Shown: piece after piece, positions 1 to 13,400 of the stretch
Numbering within the stretch: position 1 is the first letter of the stretch
How the letters are laid out: each line of letters begins with the position of its first letter
DNA from: Anaeramoeba ignava BMAN
Taxonomy: Eukaryota > Protista > Anaeramoebae
Assembly: GCA_028826165.1 (NCBI GenBank)
Contig: JAPDFW010000054.1
Location: 124,001 to 188,000, forward strand
DNA: 64,000 bases
Direction of reading: 5' to 3'
Notes under the pieces: generated by a model
What the model saw: only the letters and a program-made list of their open reading frames with translations
What the model was told of the DNA's origin: nothing
Database searches by the model: none
Made by a program: the position numbers and the translations under genes

Positions 1-2
1 AT

Positions 3-515
3 TATTTATCAATTCCAGGAAAATTTTCATTATTAGATACTGGACATAAAGCATATGCAGGAATGTTTGAACTTGATTTTCAAATGAATAATCCTGTTTC
101 AATTATGTTTTATCAATATTTAACCAAAGGATTTAAAGAAAGAAGAGTTTTAAAAAAAGGATTTCTTCCAAATGATAGTTGTTGCACAAAAATTGAACGA
201 TCTGAATTAATGGTTTCATTGACTTTTGCACAAAAAGATCCAGAAGTTATTGCTAAAGAAAGAATTGAAAGAATGAGAAGAAAATGGATACTTCTTTTAT
301 CATTACATAATAATTCAGAAATTATCAAATCAAGAATTTCTAATTTAGAAAAAGAAAAGAAAATTCAAGAAAAAATTGATAATGAATTTTCTAAATTAGA
401 TTCTAATAAGAAAAATTCAAAAGATAAAGGAAAAGAAAATAATCAAAATGACAATAATAATAATGATAATAATAATGATAATAATAATGATAATGATAAT
501 CAAAATAATAATTAA
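3..515 (+). CDS. 3' fragment of a STRA6/RBP-receptor-like membrane protein
   Basis: Frame is open from base 3 (YLSIPGKFSLLDTGHKAYAGMFELDFQMNNPVSIMF...RRKWILLLSLHNN). It resembles two C-terminal STRA6-family motifs as I recall them (LDPGY..Y.G.L......HP and R.RW.L.YTL.HNP). Ends in an Asn-rich tail. Confidence 0.55.
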   Translation, partial: YLSIPGKFSLLDTGHKAYAGMFELDFQMNNPVSIMFYQYLTKGFKERRVLKKGFLPNDSCCTKIERSELMVSLTFAQKDPEVIAKERIERMRRKWILLLSLHNNSEIIKSRISNLEKEKKIQEKIDNEFSKLDSNKKNSKDKGKENNQNDNNNNDNNNDNNNDNDNQNNN

Positions 516-695
516 AAAACTATTTTCCAAATTTTTTCCTTATTTTGATTAATTTTTTTTTGGAAGAAACAAATTATTAAATTAAAAATCAATTTAAATT
601 TTCTCAACACGTTTTTTTTTAATTTTTTTATTTTTTTATTTTTAATTTTTTTTATTTTGAAATTTTTTTCATTTTTTTCATTTTTAAATTTTTAA

Positions 696-1724
696 ATGAT
701 TGAACCAGCTTCTTTTCAAGATAGAACTGAAGAATTTTTTTCTATAATTGAAAATTTAAAAACACAAGAAAAAGAAATTTTTAACAAAAAACAAAATAAT
801 AATGAAAAAACACAAAAACAAAAGAAAAAAACAGGATTTATGATAGCAGCTTCATATATAGGGAAACAAATATATTCAACATGCTTAAAACTTTCTAAAT
901 TATCGAAACGTAAAGTTTTAATTTTTTTATTAAAATTTTTTAATTGAATTTTAATTTGATTTTTTTATTGAATTTTTTTAGTCGCTCAAAGTAACTCTCT
1001 TGTTTATGATACTTCTCAAGAAATTCAAGAACTTACTCATATTATCAAACAAGAAATCCAAGAATTAAATTCAAAAATTCAAGAACTTCAAACTTATCTT
1101 AATAATAATAAACCAAACAACTCACAATCTTCAAATCATACAAAAAATATAATTGATTCATTAAAAAATAATTTGAAAAATGCAACAAAAGATTTTCAAA
1201 ATGTTCTTGAACAAAGAAATGAAAATTTAAAAATTCAACAAGAAAGAAAATCTCGATTGGGAGATGATTCAAATATAAACATGCTAAAACAACAACAAAC
1301 ACCCATTTATCATCGTCCTTTAACTTATGAGGCTGATCCACTTAATCAATTTGTATTAAATGAAGAACAAGAAAAAAAAAGTGGAAATCAAGAAGAAAAT
1401 TTTTTTGAAGATTTTCAAACTCAAAAAACAATTGCAAATCAATCAACTCGTTATTACCAAGAAAGAGTTGATGCTGTTGAGGATATCGAAAAGACAATTA
1501 ATGAAGTTAGCTCAGTTTTTAATCAACTTTCAGTTATTATTAATGAGCAAGATGTTCAGATTGATTGGATTGAAAAAAATGTTGAAGATACTTTAGTAAA
1601 TGTAGAAAAAGGAGAAACTGAATTAACAAAATATATGCAATCTTTAAAAAGTAATCGGTGGTTGATATTCAAAATTTTTATTGTTTTGATCATCTTCATA
1701 ATTATATTTTCTCTTATTATGTGA
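696..1724 (+). CDS. STX5: Syntaxin-5/Sed5 Qa-SNARE (2 exons; intron 910-981)
   Basis: N-terminal QDRTEEF (Sly1-binding RDRTxEF type). Splicing restores LSKLAQSNSLVYDTSQEIQELTHIIKQEI. SNARE motif ERVDAVEDIEKTINEVSSVFNQL and C-terminal TM after SNRWLIFKIF. Confidence 0.93.
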
Positions 1725-1782
1725 TTCTCCTTTTTTTTTTTTTTCTTTCAAAAAAAATAAAATCCAAAAAAATAAAATCCTT

Positions 1783-3345
1783 TCAAATATCATAATTATC
1801 ATCAATATCATCATCATCATCATCATCAATATCATCATCATCATCATTTTGATTATCATTTTGATTATCATTTTGATTTTCACCAAATTCAAGCAACTTA
1901 TCAATCATAACAATTTCTCGATCTAAAGAAGAATCTCCAATATCTTTCATTTCAGAAACAAAATGATTTTTAAACTTCTTCAATCTTTCCTTTGCTTGTT
2001 GATTAACACTTCCAGATCCCAAAATAGAACGAATTTCAGAAGCATATCTTGTAAGTAATATCAATTTACGAGATAAAACACCTTTGAAAATGTGAGAATT
2101 TTGCTCCATTTGATTTAAAAGATCAACAAAACTAATTTCTTGAATAATTTGATGAGTTTTACCCTCTCGATCTTTAAATGAAATAAGAAGCCTAAAAGGA
2201 ATCCCATCAGCAACCGAATCAGACATTTTGAGTAAAAAAACACCGCCTTGTCTCTCATTTTGTTCATTTGTATTACTTGGAGAAACTGATGTCAATTCCA
2301 CAATATTTTGTCCCGATTTCACATAACTATCTTCATAATTTGTTGATCCATAAAAGTTCATAATATCCGCTCCTTCGATCTTGATAGTCAAATCAAAAGC
2401 AATTTGTGTCACAATAAAATCAAAATCCTCGTTCATTCTTCGTGTGAATTCAGTTGCATTATTTACAGTCAAATAACTTGCACCTTGTGTTTTTATCAAA
2501 GTGTTTGCGAGTTCTGTGTTGAAATCAAGACCAACCCCAATGAAAGTAAAGAAAAACCCTTCTGAAGAAAGTTTGGAGACAATTCCAAATAATCCTTGTG
2601 AAGAAAAATCGCCTGTATTTGGTTGTGCATCTGTCAAGAAGAAAATTCTGATGTTTTTGTCAGTACTTTTTTCAGGATTTTTTTGGATAAACTCCTTTAA
2701 CTGAATTCCTGCCTCTTTAATCCCTGCAGACATGTTTGTACCACCTCGAGGATGAAGTTCTTTAATTGATTTATTGAGCCTTTCTTTATCAACTTCATCC
2801 CAGGGAGTGATATTCAAAATGGTGTCTGTTTGATCATCAAAAACTATCATTCCGAAATTATCTTCTGAATTCAAATTACCAAGTAATCCAAAAATTGCTT
2901 GTTTTGCTATTTCAAGTTTGCTTTGAGTTTTTTCCGTGTTTGAATAGTATTGATCATAATCGAAAGAATCACGAGGATCGGCAAAACCATCGCTCATTGA
3001 TCCAGAAATATCAAGAACAATCATTAAATTCAATTTTGGTCTTCCAATTTTTTTGAGTTCTTTTCCATCATATTTTGAATAAAGCATAACGGAAGTGAAA
3101 AATTCCCTTTTTTGCTCATCCAAAGGATCTTGAGAAATTGAATTTTCGCAATATACTCCTATTAATGATTCGGATTCAATTTTGGATTGATCCAAAGGCC
3201 AATAATATCCGTGAAAAAGTCCATGATAATTCATTGAGGATTTATCAGGTAAAATGTTATAATTTAAATTATCTCGAAATGTGTCAATATCAAGTGCATC
3301 ATCTTCATCAAATTCTATATCATCAATATCATCAAAATCACTCAT
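1783..3345 (-). CDS. VWA (MIDAS) domain protein, prokaryote-like, intronless
   Basis: LNLMIVLDISGSM (DxSxS), RGGTNM, FFLTDAQPNTG, TFIGVGLDFN; acidic termini. Confidence 0.85.
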   Translation of the reverse strand: MSDFDDIDDIEFDEDDALDIDTFRDNLNYNILPDKSSMNYHGLFHGYYWPLDQSKIESESLIGVYCENSISQDPLDEQKREFFTSVMLYSKYDGKELKKIGRPKLNLMIVLDISGSMSDGFADPRDSFDYDQYYSNTEKTQSKLEIAKQAIFGLLGNLNSEDNFGMIVFDDQTDTILNITPWDEVDKERLNKSIKELHPRGGTNMSAGIKEAGIQLKEFIQKNPEKSTDKNIRIFFLTDAQPNTGDFSSQGLFGIVSKLSSEGFFFTFIGVGLDFNTELANTLIKTQGASYLTVNNATEFTRRMNEDFDFIVTQIAFDLTIKIEGADIMNFYGSTNYEDSYVKSGQNIVELTSVSPSNTNEQNERQGGVFLLKMSDSVADGIPFRLLISFKDREGKTHQIIQEISFVDLLNQMEQNSHIFKGVLSRKLILLTRYASEIRSILGSGSVNQQAKERLKKFKNHFVSEMKDIGDSSLDREIVMIDKLLEFGENQNDNQNDNQNDDDDDIDDDDDDDIDDNYDI

Positions 3346-3514
3346 TATTAATTTGAATAAAGAAGCAAAGAAGAAGAAAAATGAAATTTTCTTAAAGTGA
3401 GAAATTTTTTTTTTAATTATTTATTTTTTCTCCTTTTCTTGTTTTTTAATTTTTTTTTTTATCCACTTTTTTTTTTTTTTCATTTTTTTCCTTATTTTTA
3501 TTCAAAAAAGAAAA

Positions 3515-6500
3515 ATGAATTTAAATAATTTAAATACATCTTTAAAAGGTAAACAATATAAATAAAATTAATTTCTTTTTAAATAATAAATTTTTTTTTA
3601 AAAAAAAATAAAATATTAAAGAAATTGAAGAGAAAATTAATCTAATAATTGATAAAAAACTTGGAAAAGAAGAAGAAGAAGATTTTTTAAATAATTTCTT
3701 TTATAGAATTGTTTATCAAATTTGGGAAAATAAAACCGAAAAAATTGAAGAAATTAAAGAAATTCAAAAATTTTTTAAAAAATGTCTTGATTTAATTTTC
3801 TTTAAAATTGAAGAACAAAACGAAGAAATTTCCAAAACACTTTTATTAATTTTTAATTTTGAAAAGAATTGTTTTTATGATTATTTTCCAATTAATTATG
3901 AAACAGGAATTAAAACTTATGAAAATGTAAGTAAAAATTTTTTTATTAATAAATAAATTGATTGAAAAATTCTCTTTTTATATTATTTATAAATCAAAAA
4001 ATAAAAATAGGGAAATTTCCTTTCATTTTGGAAACAAAATCCAGAAAAATTATATAATAAACCATTTGAAAATATTTTTAAAATTGAAAAAAGAAGAATA
4101 ATAAAAGAAAATATTGAAAACTTTAAATTTATAGAAGTAAAATTTATTTATCTATTAATATCAAAAAGAAAATGATAACATTTTTTTAAATCTTTTTAAT
4201 TTATTTAATTAAAAAAGAATGAAGAATTAAAAGATTATCCTATTTTATTAAAAGAAAATATTGAATATTTTTTAAGAATTAGAGGATTTGAAAAAATAAT
4301 TTGTTTTCTCCTTTCAAATCTTTCAACAAATTTATTTGAAATAACAGAATTTATTGATAGAAATTATTTGGATTTAATAACAAAAGTAATAATTATTATT
4401 AAAAATTATTATTAAAAATTATTATTAAAAACAAAAAAAAAGATTTCAAAAATATTTTCCAATGAATTTCTTAATTTAATTTCAAGTTTCATTCCATTTA
4501 TTATTTTCAAATTTATTGAATTTTTTGGAAAATTGGAAAAACTTGATTCGAATGAAGGATTGATTTTAGAATTATTGAAAATAATTGAAAGAGCAGAAAA
4601 AGAAAATAAAAAATATTTAAATTTTGAAATATTTATTCAAAAAAAAATTGCAATCAATTTTTCAGAATCCAAAAATACATCTTTACAATTTAAATCATTA
4701 GAAAAACTTCAACAAATAATTTCAAAAATTGAAAATGAAAAATTTGATAAATTATCAAATAATAATTTATATGGTTTTGAAGAGTAAATTTATTTTATTT
4801 TTAATTTAAATTCTAATTTTAATTCTAATTTAAAAAAAAAAACAATAGAATATTTATTAATGATTTTCCTTCAGAAAAAATTATGAAAATTATTTTTGGA
4901 GAAGAAATACAAAAAGAAATTAATCAAATTTCAAAAAAAATAATTTTATTTTTAAGAAGTTTGGAAAATTCAAATGTAAATTCTCAAAAAATAAAAATAA
5001 AAAAAAAAAAAATTCAAATTCTAATTTAAAAAAACATAAAATAAAAACAAGAAGAAACAGATCGAAAATGAAACAGAAAAAAAAATTAAAAATCAAATTG
5101 ATATTCTTTTTTTTGAAATTGCATTTAAATTCCAAGAAAAACAAAAGCAAAAAGAAATATTTTTAAATTGGATTAAAAATTTTAGAATTAATTATGAAAA
5201 AAATGGAATTGAAATTGATTATTTTTTCAAAGCATTAAATTCAAATCCAAAAAATGAACTTATAAAATTAACTTTTGAATATTGGAAACAAATATTAAAA
5301 AGAATTATTGAAAATGAAAATGAAAATGAAAATGAAATGGAAATTGAAAATGAAAAATTTTTTGAAGAATGTATTGATGATTGTTTAAATAATTTTCAAA
5401 AAAATTACAATTATAACAAAACAAATTTCACAGAAATTTATTATAAAGAATTCATTCAAAAATGTATTTCAGAAATGAAAGAAGAAAAAGAAAAAGAAAA
5501 AGAAAAAGAAAAAATAATTTTTCGAAATGTTATTGAATTAACCAAATTTATTAAATTTATTGAAAAAGATTTAAAATTTAAAGTTAAATTAATCATTTTG
5601 GAACAAAATCCAAAAATATATTATTTAAATGAAAATGAAAATGAAATTGAAATTGAAATTTCAAATCAAGAAAATGTATATTCTTTAATAAAAAAGATTG
5701 AAGAGAAAATTCAAAAGAAAGAAACAGAATATCAAATCAAATCACATCCTCAAATTAATAAATCTAATTATCAAAAAACTGTTGAAGAAATACATTTATA
5801 TTCCAATCCAATAATTTTTATTGAATGTTCAAATCAAATTCCAAATCAATATCCAAATTTAAAAAGAATTGAAAAAGAAAAAACACCAAGTTATATTTTG
5901 ATAGAATATTTTGAATTGTTATTTAATTTATTAGAAAAAGAAGAAAATCAAGAAAAATATATCCAAAAATCAATAATAGAATTAATTTCAAAAATTCCAT
6001 TAAATCCTAAATATTTAGAAAATATTTCAAATTTATTAAAAGGAAATTTTACCAAAGAAGAAATCAGAAAAGAATTTGGAAAAATAAATTCTTTTCAATA
6101 TCTTTATAAACTTAAAATTTTAACGAAAATAATTGAAGAAATTAAAATGAAAATAATGAAATTAGAGAATATAAATGAAGAATTTATCATTTTCTTGATA
6201 GAAGAAATTATTAATATTTCCACAATTAATCAAGAAGAAATAAAGAATAAGAAAATTCTTGAATATCAATTATTATTATTGAATAATTTAAATGAATTAG
6301 TTATTGATAAAACAAATCAAAAATTAATAGTTGGTAAAGAAAAGATTAAAAACTTTTTTGAAGTTATTAGAATAATGATTATCAATTTTCTAAATCTTAA
6401 TTCAAATTATAATAATCAATATTCACAAAAGAAAAATAACGAAATAAAGATAAAAAGTAGAATTATTGCAATAAATTGTTTAAATATTATTAGAAATGAA

Positions 6501-9500
6501 TGTTTAAGTGGAGAAGAAAGAAAATATTGGATTAATCAAATATTTTCAATAGAAAATATCAATGAAATTATTAAAAAAACAATATTTCATTGTAATGATA
6601 AAGAATTTCAAGAAATAATGAATCAAATAATAATTAAAATTTTTGAAGAGAATATTAAGTTACAAAAAAAAGAACAATCAATTAATGCAACAAAATTAAT
6701 ATCTATATTAGAAAATCCATATAAAGCATTATTTGATTTAATCAAAGAAACAGATTATATAAGAAAAGAAAATTATGAAAACTATTTTAATTTAATCAAA
6801 GAGTTAATAAAATTTAGAAATGAATTAACAAAAAAATTATCAACCAATATTATTATCAAGAAAATAACAGAAATGATAAAAGAAGAAAAAGAAGAAAATA
6901 TGATTAAAAATTATATTGAAATGATAAGAATACTAATTGAAGAAAATAAAAAAATGAATATAACAAATGAATATTATTCAATAATTCAAGAAATTTTCAC
7001 AAATTGCTTATTTAATTTTATATCAAATCCAAAAAAAATACAAATTCAATTTTATTATCCCAAATTAATTGAAAAAGAAAATCGAAGAAAAGCATTTGAT
7101 TTAATTATTGAAATTTCCAAAACAAACAAAAATAATCAAATCCAATTATTTAATTTAATAACTAATTTTCAAGAAATTATTCAATACTTTTTATCAAAAA
7201 ATGAAAAAGAAAATTTATCAAAAAATGAATCAAAAAAACGAAAATCTGAAGATATAAATATAGAAAATGAATTAAAAAAATTAAAATCAAAAAATAAAAT
7301 TAAATCAAAAAGGCAATATTCAGGATTAACAAATATTGGAGCAACTTGTTATATGAATTCAACACTTCAACAATTATTTATGATTCCTGAATTCAGAAAC
7401 AAAATAATTTCTATTGATATTTTTGAAATGAAAAAAGAAAAAGAAAAATTAGATTCAAACTTTATAGCATTCGCATATTTCCATAAAATATTAAGAGAAC
7501 TTTCAGAATCAAATGGAAGAAAAAGTGTAAATACAAGAAATTTCGCAAATAATTTTAGTTTTTGGGGAGAAAAATTAAGAAGTGGAGAACAGAAAGATGC
7601 AAGCGAATTTTTAAATTGTTTATTTGATTTAATTACAGAACAATTAAATGATCGAAAAGAAAAAGATATTTTGAATGAAAATTTTGGAGGAATATCAATG
7701 AATTTAATGGATATAATTGAAACAGGAGATTTAGAAGAAGTTGATGAAGAATTTTTTACAATAAGTATTGATATTTTAGGGAAAACAGGATTAATAGAAT
7801 CACTTGACTCGTACACTTCCAAAGAAGCATTAAAAGGGAAAAACCAATATTTAAGTTTAAAATTGAAAAGAAAAGTTGATACCAATAAATTTGTATATTT
7901 CAAAAAACTTCCCAAGTATATGATTTTCCAATTAAAAAGATTTGATTACAATTATCGAACAAACAGAAGATTTAAAGTAAATGATTATTTTGAATTTCCC
8001 AAAGAATTAAATATGGAGAAATATACAAGAGAATGGTTTGCATTTCAAACAAAAAAAGAATTATTAAAAATGAATCAAAAGAAAAAAAGAACCAAAAAAG
8101 AAGAAGAAAGAATAAAATTTTTTGAAAATATTATTGAAGAATCAAAAAATCAAAATCAAAATCAAAAACAAGAATATCAATATGAACTTGTTGGAGTTAT
8201 TGTTCATTGTGGAAGTACATATTCAGGGCATTATTATTCACTTATCAAAGAAAATGAAGGAAGTAAATGGATTGAATTTAATGATTCAACAGTATCACAA
8301 TTTAATATGAATTATTTTGAAAGTATTTGTTTTGGAGACAAAAAAGAAAAGAAAAGTAAATATTCAAATAAATATGGATGTTCAGCTTATATACTTATTT
8401 ACAAAGCAAAAAATCAAGAAATACAAGAGATACAAACAAATACAAACAAAAATAATTTAAACATAACAAAAGAAGAAAGATTTTATTTAGAAAAAGAAAA
8501 TTTAGAACTTTCCAAAGATTTAATTGAAAATTATCAAGAAATATTAATTGAAAATGATGAAATGATTAAAAAAGGAAATGTAAAGAAATTTATTGAAATT
8601 AGTATCAAATTCATTTTTGAATTAATAGAAGATGAATATATAATTAATAATTATATACAGAAATTGAACCAGATATTTTCTAAAGCAAATGCAAATGCAA
8701 ATTCAAAAGAAATTTTAAAAATTATCAAACAAAATTTACAAAAACAAAAAAAGAAAGGAATTTTCCAAAAAGAAATAAATCAAATTATTTCACAAAAATA
8801 TTTAAATCAATATATAATTAAACCTACACCACCAAAAAAATCCCAAATATTAAAAGAAATTTCAAAAACTGGAAATCTAAATTCAAATCATTTTAATTAT
8901 GATACTTTTTCAAATGATGAATTTATAACAGATATAGATAATTCTAATTTTGAAGAAAATAATTTGCAAGAAGTAAATAATTCAAAAATATTACAACAAT
9001 ATACAAATCAAAATCAATCAAATAATTCAAACCAATCAAATCCTTTTAATTTTGATACTTTTTCAAGTAATAAAATGAAATCAAATATAGATATAGATAA
9101 TTCTAATTTTAAAGAATATAATTTGCAAGAAATAAATAATCCAAAAATATCACAAAAATATCCAAATCAAAATAAATCAAATTATTCAAATCAATCAAAT
9201 TATTCAAATCCAACAAAGAAATCAAATCATTTTAATTTTGATACTTTTTCAAGTAATAAAATGAAATCAAATACAGATATAGATAATTCTAATTTTAAAG
9301 AATATAATTTGCAAGAAATAAATAATTCAAAAATGTTACAAAAATATACAAATCAAAATCTATCAAATTATTCAAATTATTCAAATCAATCAAATCCAAA
9401 TCAATCAAATCAATCAAATCATGAATTTATAACAGATACAGATATAGATAATTCTAATTTTAAAGAAAATAATTTGCAAGAAATAAATAATTCAAAAATA

Positions 9501-10193
9501 TCACAAAAATATCCAAATCAAAATCTATCAAATTATTCAAATCAATCAAATCAATCAAATCAAAATATATCAAATCAATCAAATCAATCAAATTATTCAA
9601 ATCCAACAAAGAAATCAAATCATTTTAATTTTGATACTTTTTCAAATGATGAATTGAAATCAAATACAGATATAGATAATTCTAATTTTGAAGAAAATAA
9701 TTTGCAAGAAGTAAATAATTCAAAAATATTACAACAATATCCAAATCAAAATCTATCAAATTATTCAAATCAATCAAATCCAACAAAGAAATCAAATCAT
9801 TTTAATTTTGATACTTTTTCAAGTAATAAAATGAAATCAAATACAGATACAGATAATTCTAATTTTGAAGAATATAATTCTAAAAGAATAAATAATCCAA
9901 AAATATCACAAAAATATACAAATCAAAATCAATCAAATAATTCAAACCAATCTAATCATTTTAATTTTGATACTTTTTCAAGTAATAAAATGAAATCAAA
10001 TACAGATACAGATAATTCTAATTTTGAAGAATATAATTCTAAAAGAATAAATAATCCAAAAATATCACAAAAATATACAAATCAAAATCATTCAAATTAT
10101 TCAAATTATTCAAATCAAATCATTCAAATTATTCAAATCAATCAAATCAATATAAATTTAATAAATCCAAAAAAAAAAGATTTTTGGATTTAA
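3515..10193 (+). CDS. Ubiquitin-specific protease, divergent USP9X/24/34-like (paralogue A); several short 5' exons, probable frameshift errors near 4900-5300
   Basis: Cys box GLTNIGATCYMNSTLQQL, QKDASEF, LKRFDY, His box YELVGVIVHCGSTYSGHYYSLIK...WIEFNDS. The 5' exons are inferred from ATG 3515 and GT-AG pairs, so the start is less certain. Confidence 0.8.
8880..10130 (+). repeat. Coding degenerate tandem repeat (roughly 40-60 aa units, SNHFNFDTFS...DIDNSNF.E.NLQE.NN) in the USP-A tail
   Basis: About 7-8 imperfect copies visible in both DNA and translation. Confidence 0.9.
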
Positions 10194-10471
10194 TTTTAGA
10201 AAAGAATTGGAATTGAATTCAGTTATTATTTAATTAAAAATTTCTTCTTAAAATCAAAATAGAAATAAAAATAAGAACAAAAAAATAAATTCAACATTTC
10301 TCCATTTTAATGTTTTAAAAAGAAAAAAAAAGCAAAAAAAAAAAAATAAAAATTAATTAAAAAATTTTTTTCATTTTTTTTTCATTTTTTTATTTCAAAA
10401 CAAAAAACTTTTTAATTGTGAGAATTAAAGAATAAAAAGTAGGAAAATAAAATAAAATAAAATAAAATAAA

Positions 10472-13400
10472 ATGGCATACAATTATAATCATTATGAAGA
10501 TATTAATTATGTTGGATATCAACCCAATCAAAACCAGAATCAATACCAATCAGCAAATCGATACAATCCATTTCAACCAAATCAATCAAACCAATCAAAC
10601 GAAAGTTTTTCACCAAATCAATATCAAAAAGAAACAAAGATAGAAGCTGAACCTCATAATTCCAAATGGAAGTTTCTTTTTCATGGAAATTTCCAACAAA
10701 ATCATGTTACTTATTTGCAAGCAAATCCAATCGATCCTTATGATTATCAACTTTTTCTTCAAGATTTAAAAAAAATTAAATTTACACTTGAAAAAGGTAA
10801 TTTTGAAAGAGAAAAAGAAATTTAAAATGAGAATTTGAATTTAATTAATAAAATTTTTGTTTTTATTTATTTTTGTTTTTTTGTTTGTTTTTTAATAGGT
10901 CAAGAAATTCAATTAAAAGATGCTATTGTTTATTTTTCAGAATTAGTTAGATGTGCTCTTAAGAATGCTATTGGAAGTGAAGAACAAGAAAAATTATTTC
11001 TTGATACTGCAATAAATTCACTATTATCTTCAATTAGAAAAAGATTGTAACTGAAGCATATTTATTTAAAATAAATATTAAATACAAAATAAATATTAAA
11101 TACAAAATAAATATTAAATATAAAATAAATATTAAATATAAAATAAATATTAAATATAAAATAAATATTAAATATAAAATAAATATTAAATATAAAATAA
11201 ATATAAAATAAATATAAAAATAAATATTAAATATAAAATAAATATAAAATTAAATATTAAATATAAAATTAAATATTAAATATAAAATTAAATATTAAAT
11301 ATAAAATAAATATTAAATATAAAATAAATATTAAATACAAAATAAATATTAAATATAAAATAAATATAAAATAAATATTAAATATAAAATAAATATTAAA
11401 TATAAAATAAATATAAAATAAATATTAAATAAAATATAAAATAAATATAAAATAAATATTAAATATAAAATAAATATTAAATATAAAATAAATATTAAAT
11501 ATAAAATAAATATTAAATTCAAAATAAATATTTATTTTATATTTATAGAGAGATACCACCCACATTAACTCCATATATATCTTCTTTATATCGAGATATA
11601 ATTTCATTGGCACTCGATAAAATTAAACATAATAAAATTGGCAAATTTAATGAAATTACATCATCTCTATTTTCTCGAAAAGCATATCATTGGGATAATC
11701 TGAAGTTTTCACTCAAAAACGATCCATTATATGCCAAAGAAAGAGAATCATATCAAAAACCAGAAAACTCATTATTTGTGGAAACAGATATTTCGGATCA
11801 TGAGGATTCTGAAGATGATCAAGAAAACAAAAGGGAATCAAAACTTGATGATTCGGAAAAACAAGAACAAGAAAAAAAATTTTTTTATTATCAACCTTCT
11901 TTTATGCCTGAACATCTTAAGAAAAGAGAAAATATTTATGGGGTTCTTCCTGTACTTTTAATCCAATTTCTTTTTATCAATATATTCTATTTGAATATTT
12001 AAGAATTTTTTTCTTCTTCTAATTTATATATATTTTTTTTTCTTTTTTTCTTTTTAAAGTTTTCTGATAAAAAAACATCTTTATATCTTGTTCAAAATGT
12101 TCAACATTTCGGATATATTGGAGGATTTCATATTTTAATGGATCAAGTTTCAAGAACTGAAGCGAATGAAAGACCAAGTCTTGATCATTTATTTTTTATA
12201 GTTGAATTTGTATATTTGGTAAGTTTTTATAAAAATATTTCAATTCAATTCAATTCAAAATAATTCAAATCAATTTAAAATATTTCAATTTAATTCAATT
12301 TAAAATATTTCAATTTAATTCAATTTAAAATATTTCAATTTAATTCAATTTAAAATATTTCAATTTAATTTAATTTAATTCAATTTAAAATATTTCAATT
12401 TAATTGTTAAAAATAAAAAAAGATCCGCAAATTCCTCGCAAAACATTTGCAAACAGACTTCCTTCCAAATTTTGTTACATTAGTAACAGAACAATTAAGA
12501 TTTATTTGGAAAAACTCACCATCAATAGGAAAACAATTTAGTATCAAAACATTAGATATAATAAGAATGATCGAAGAGTTGAATTCACGAACAATCGATT
12601 CAACAAAAACACAGAAAACAAAATTCACAACAATAACACAATTAGCTAATTCAGCATTAAAAAACGAGGATTACGAAATCAAACATTTGGGAATGGTTTT
12701 TATTGTGGATGTGATGAAGGAAATCATGTCTGAATATTACCATTTGACAGCACCCAATATTAGCAAATCAAAAAGAAGAGCGCAAACGAAAAAACTTGAT
12801 GAAAATTCAGCAATTATAAATGAATGGCTTGTGAAGAAGAACATCATCGAGAAAGAAATTCTCCGAGAACCAAAACACCCACAACTATTGAGCCTCGTGA
12901 ATGAGATGATGGGGTTTCTCGGCCGCAAAGGAAAATACCACAGCGAACTGGTGGGTCTTATCTGGAGCGTTGTAATCCGAAATCGGGAGGAGATTGAGAA
13001 AATTCGGATGAAAATTGAAAAACCACAGAAAACTCAGGAAAGCAAGGATTCTCAGTCGGTTATTGAGATGGATGGAGAGAAAGTGCCGAAACCACAAACA
13101 ACACAGACACAGGGTAGTGATAGAGGGTTTGTTGATCCAAAAGTGAAGCAAGCAATTCTCAACATTTTCGGGACAATGTTGAAGTTTGCATCGAAAGATA
13201 CGCTGATGAATATTGATGGATATATACGGGGCGTAAAAAAGGAGAGCATTGATATTGAGATGCTTGATGTGATTGCGCGGTTTGTAACTTCCTCACAGAG
13301 TTCAAGCAAGGAGACTGCAGGAGATAGTCATCAAGTTTATGGATTGCAATTGATGTGGGATTTAATACAAGAGGATTCTAATGTTTCAATGGGCGTTTCA

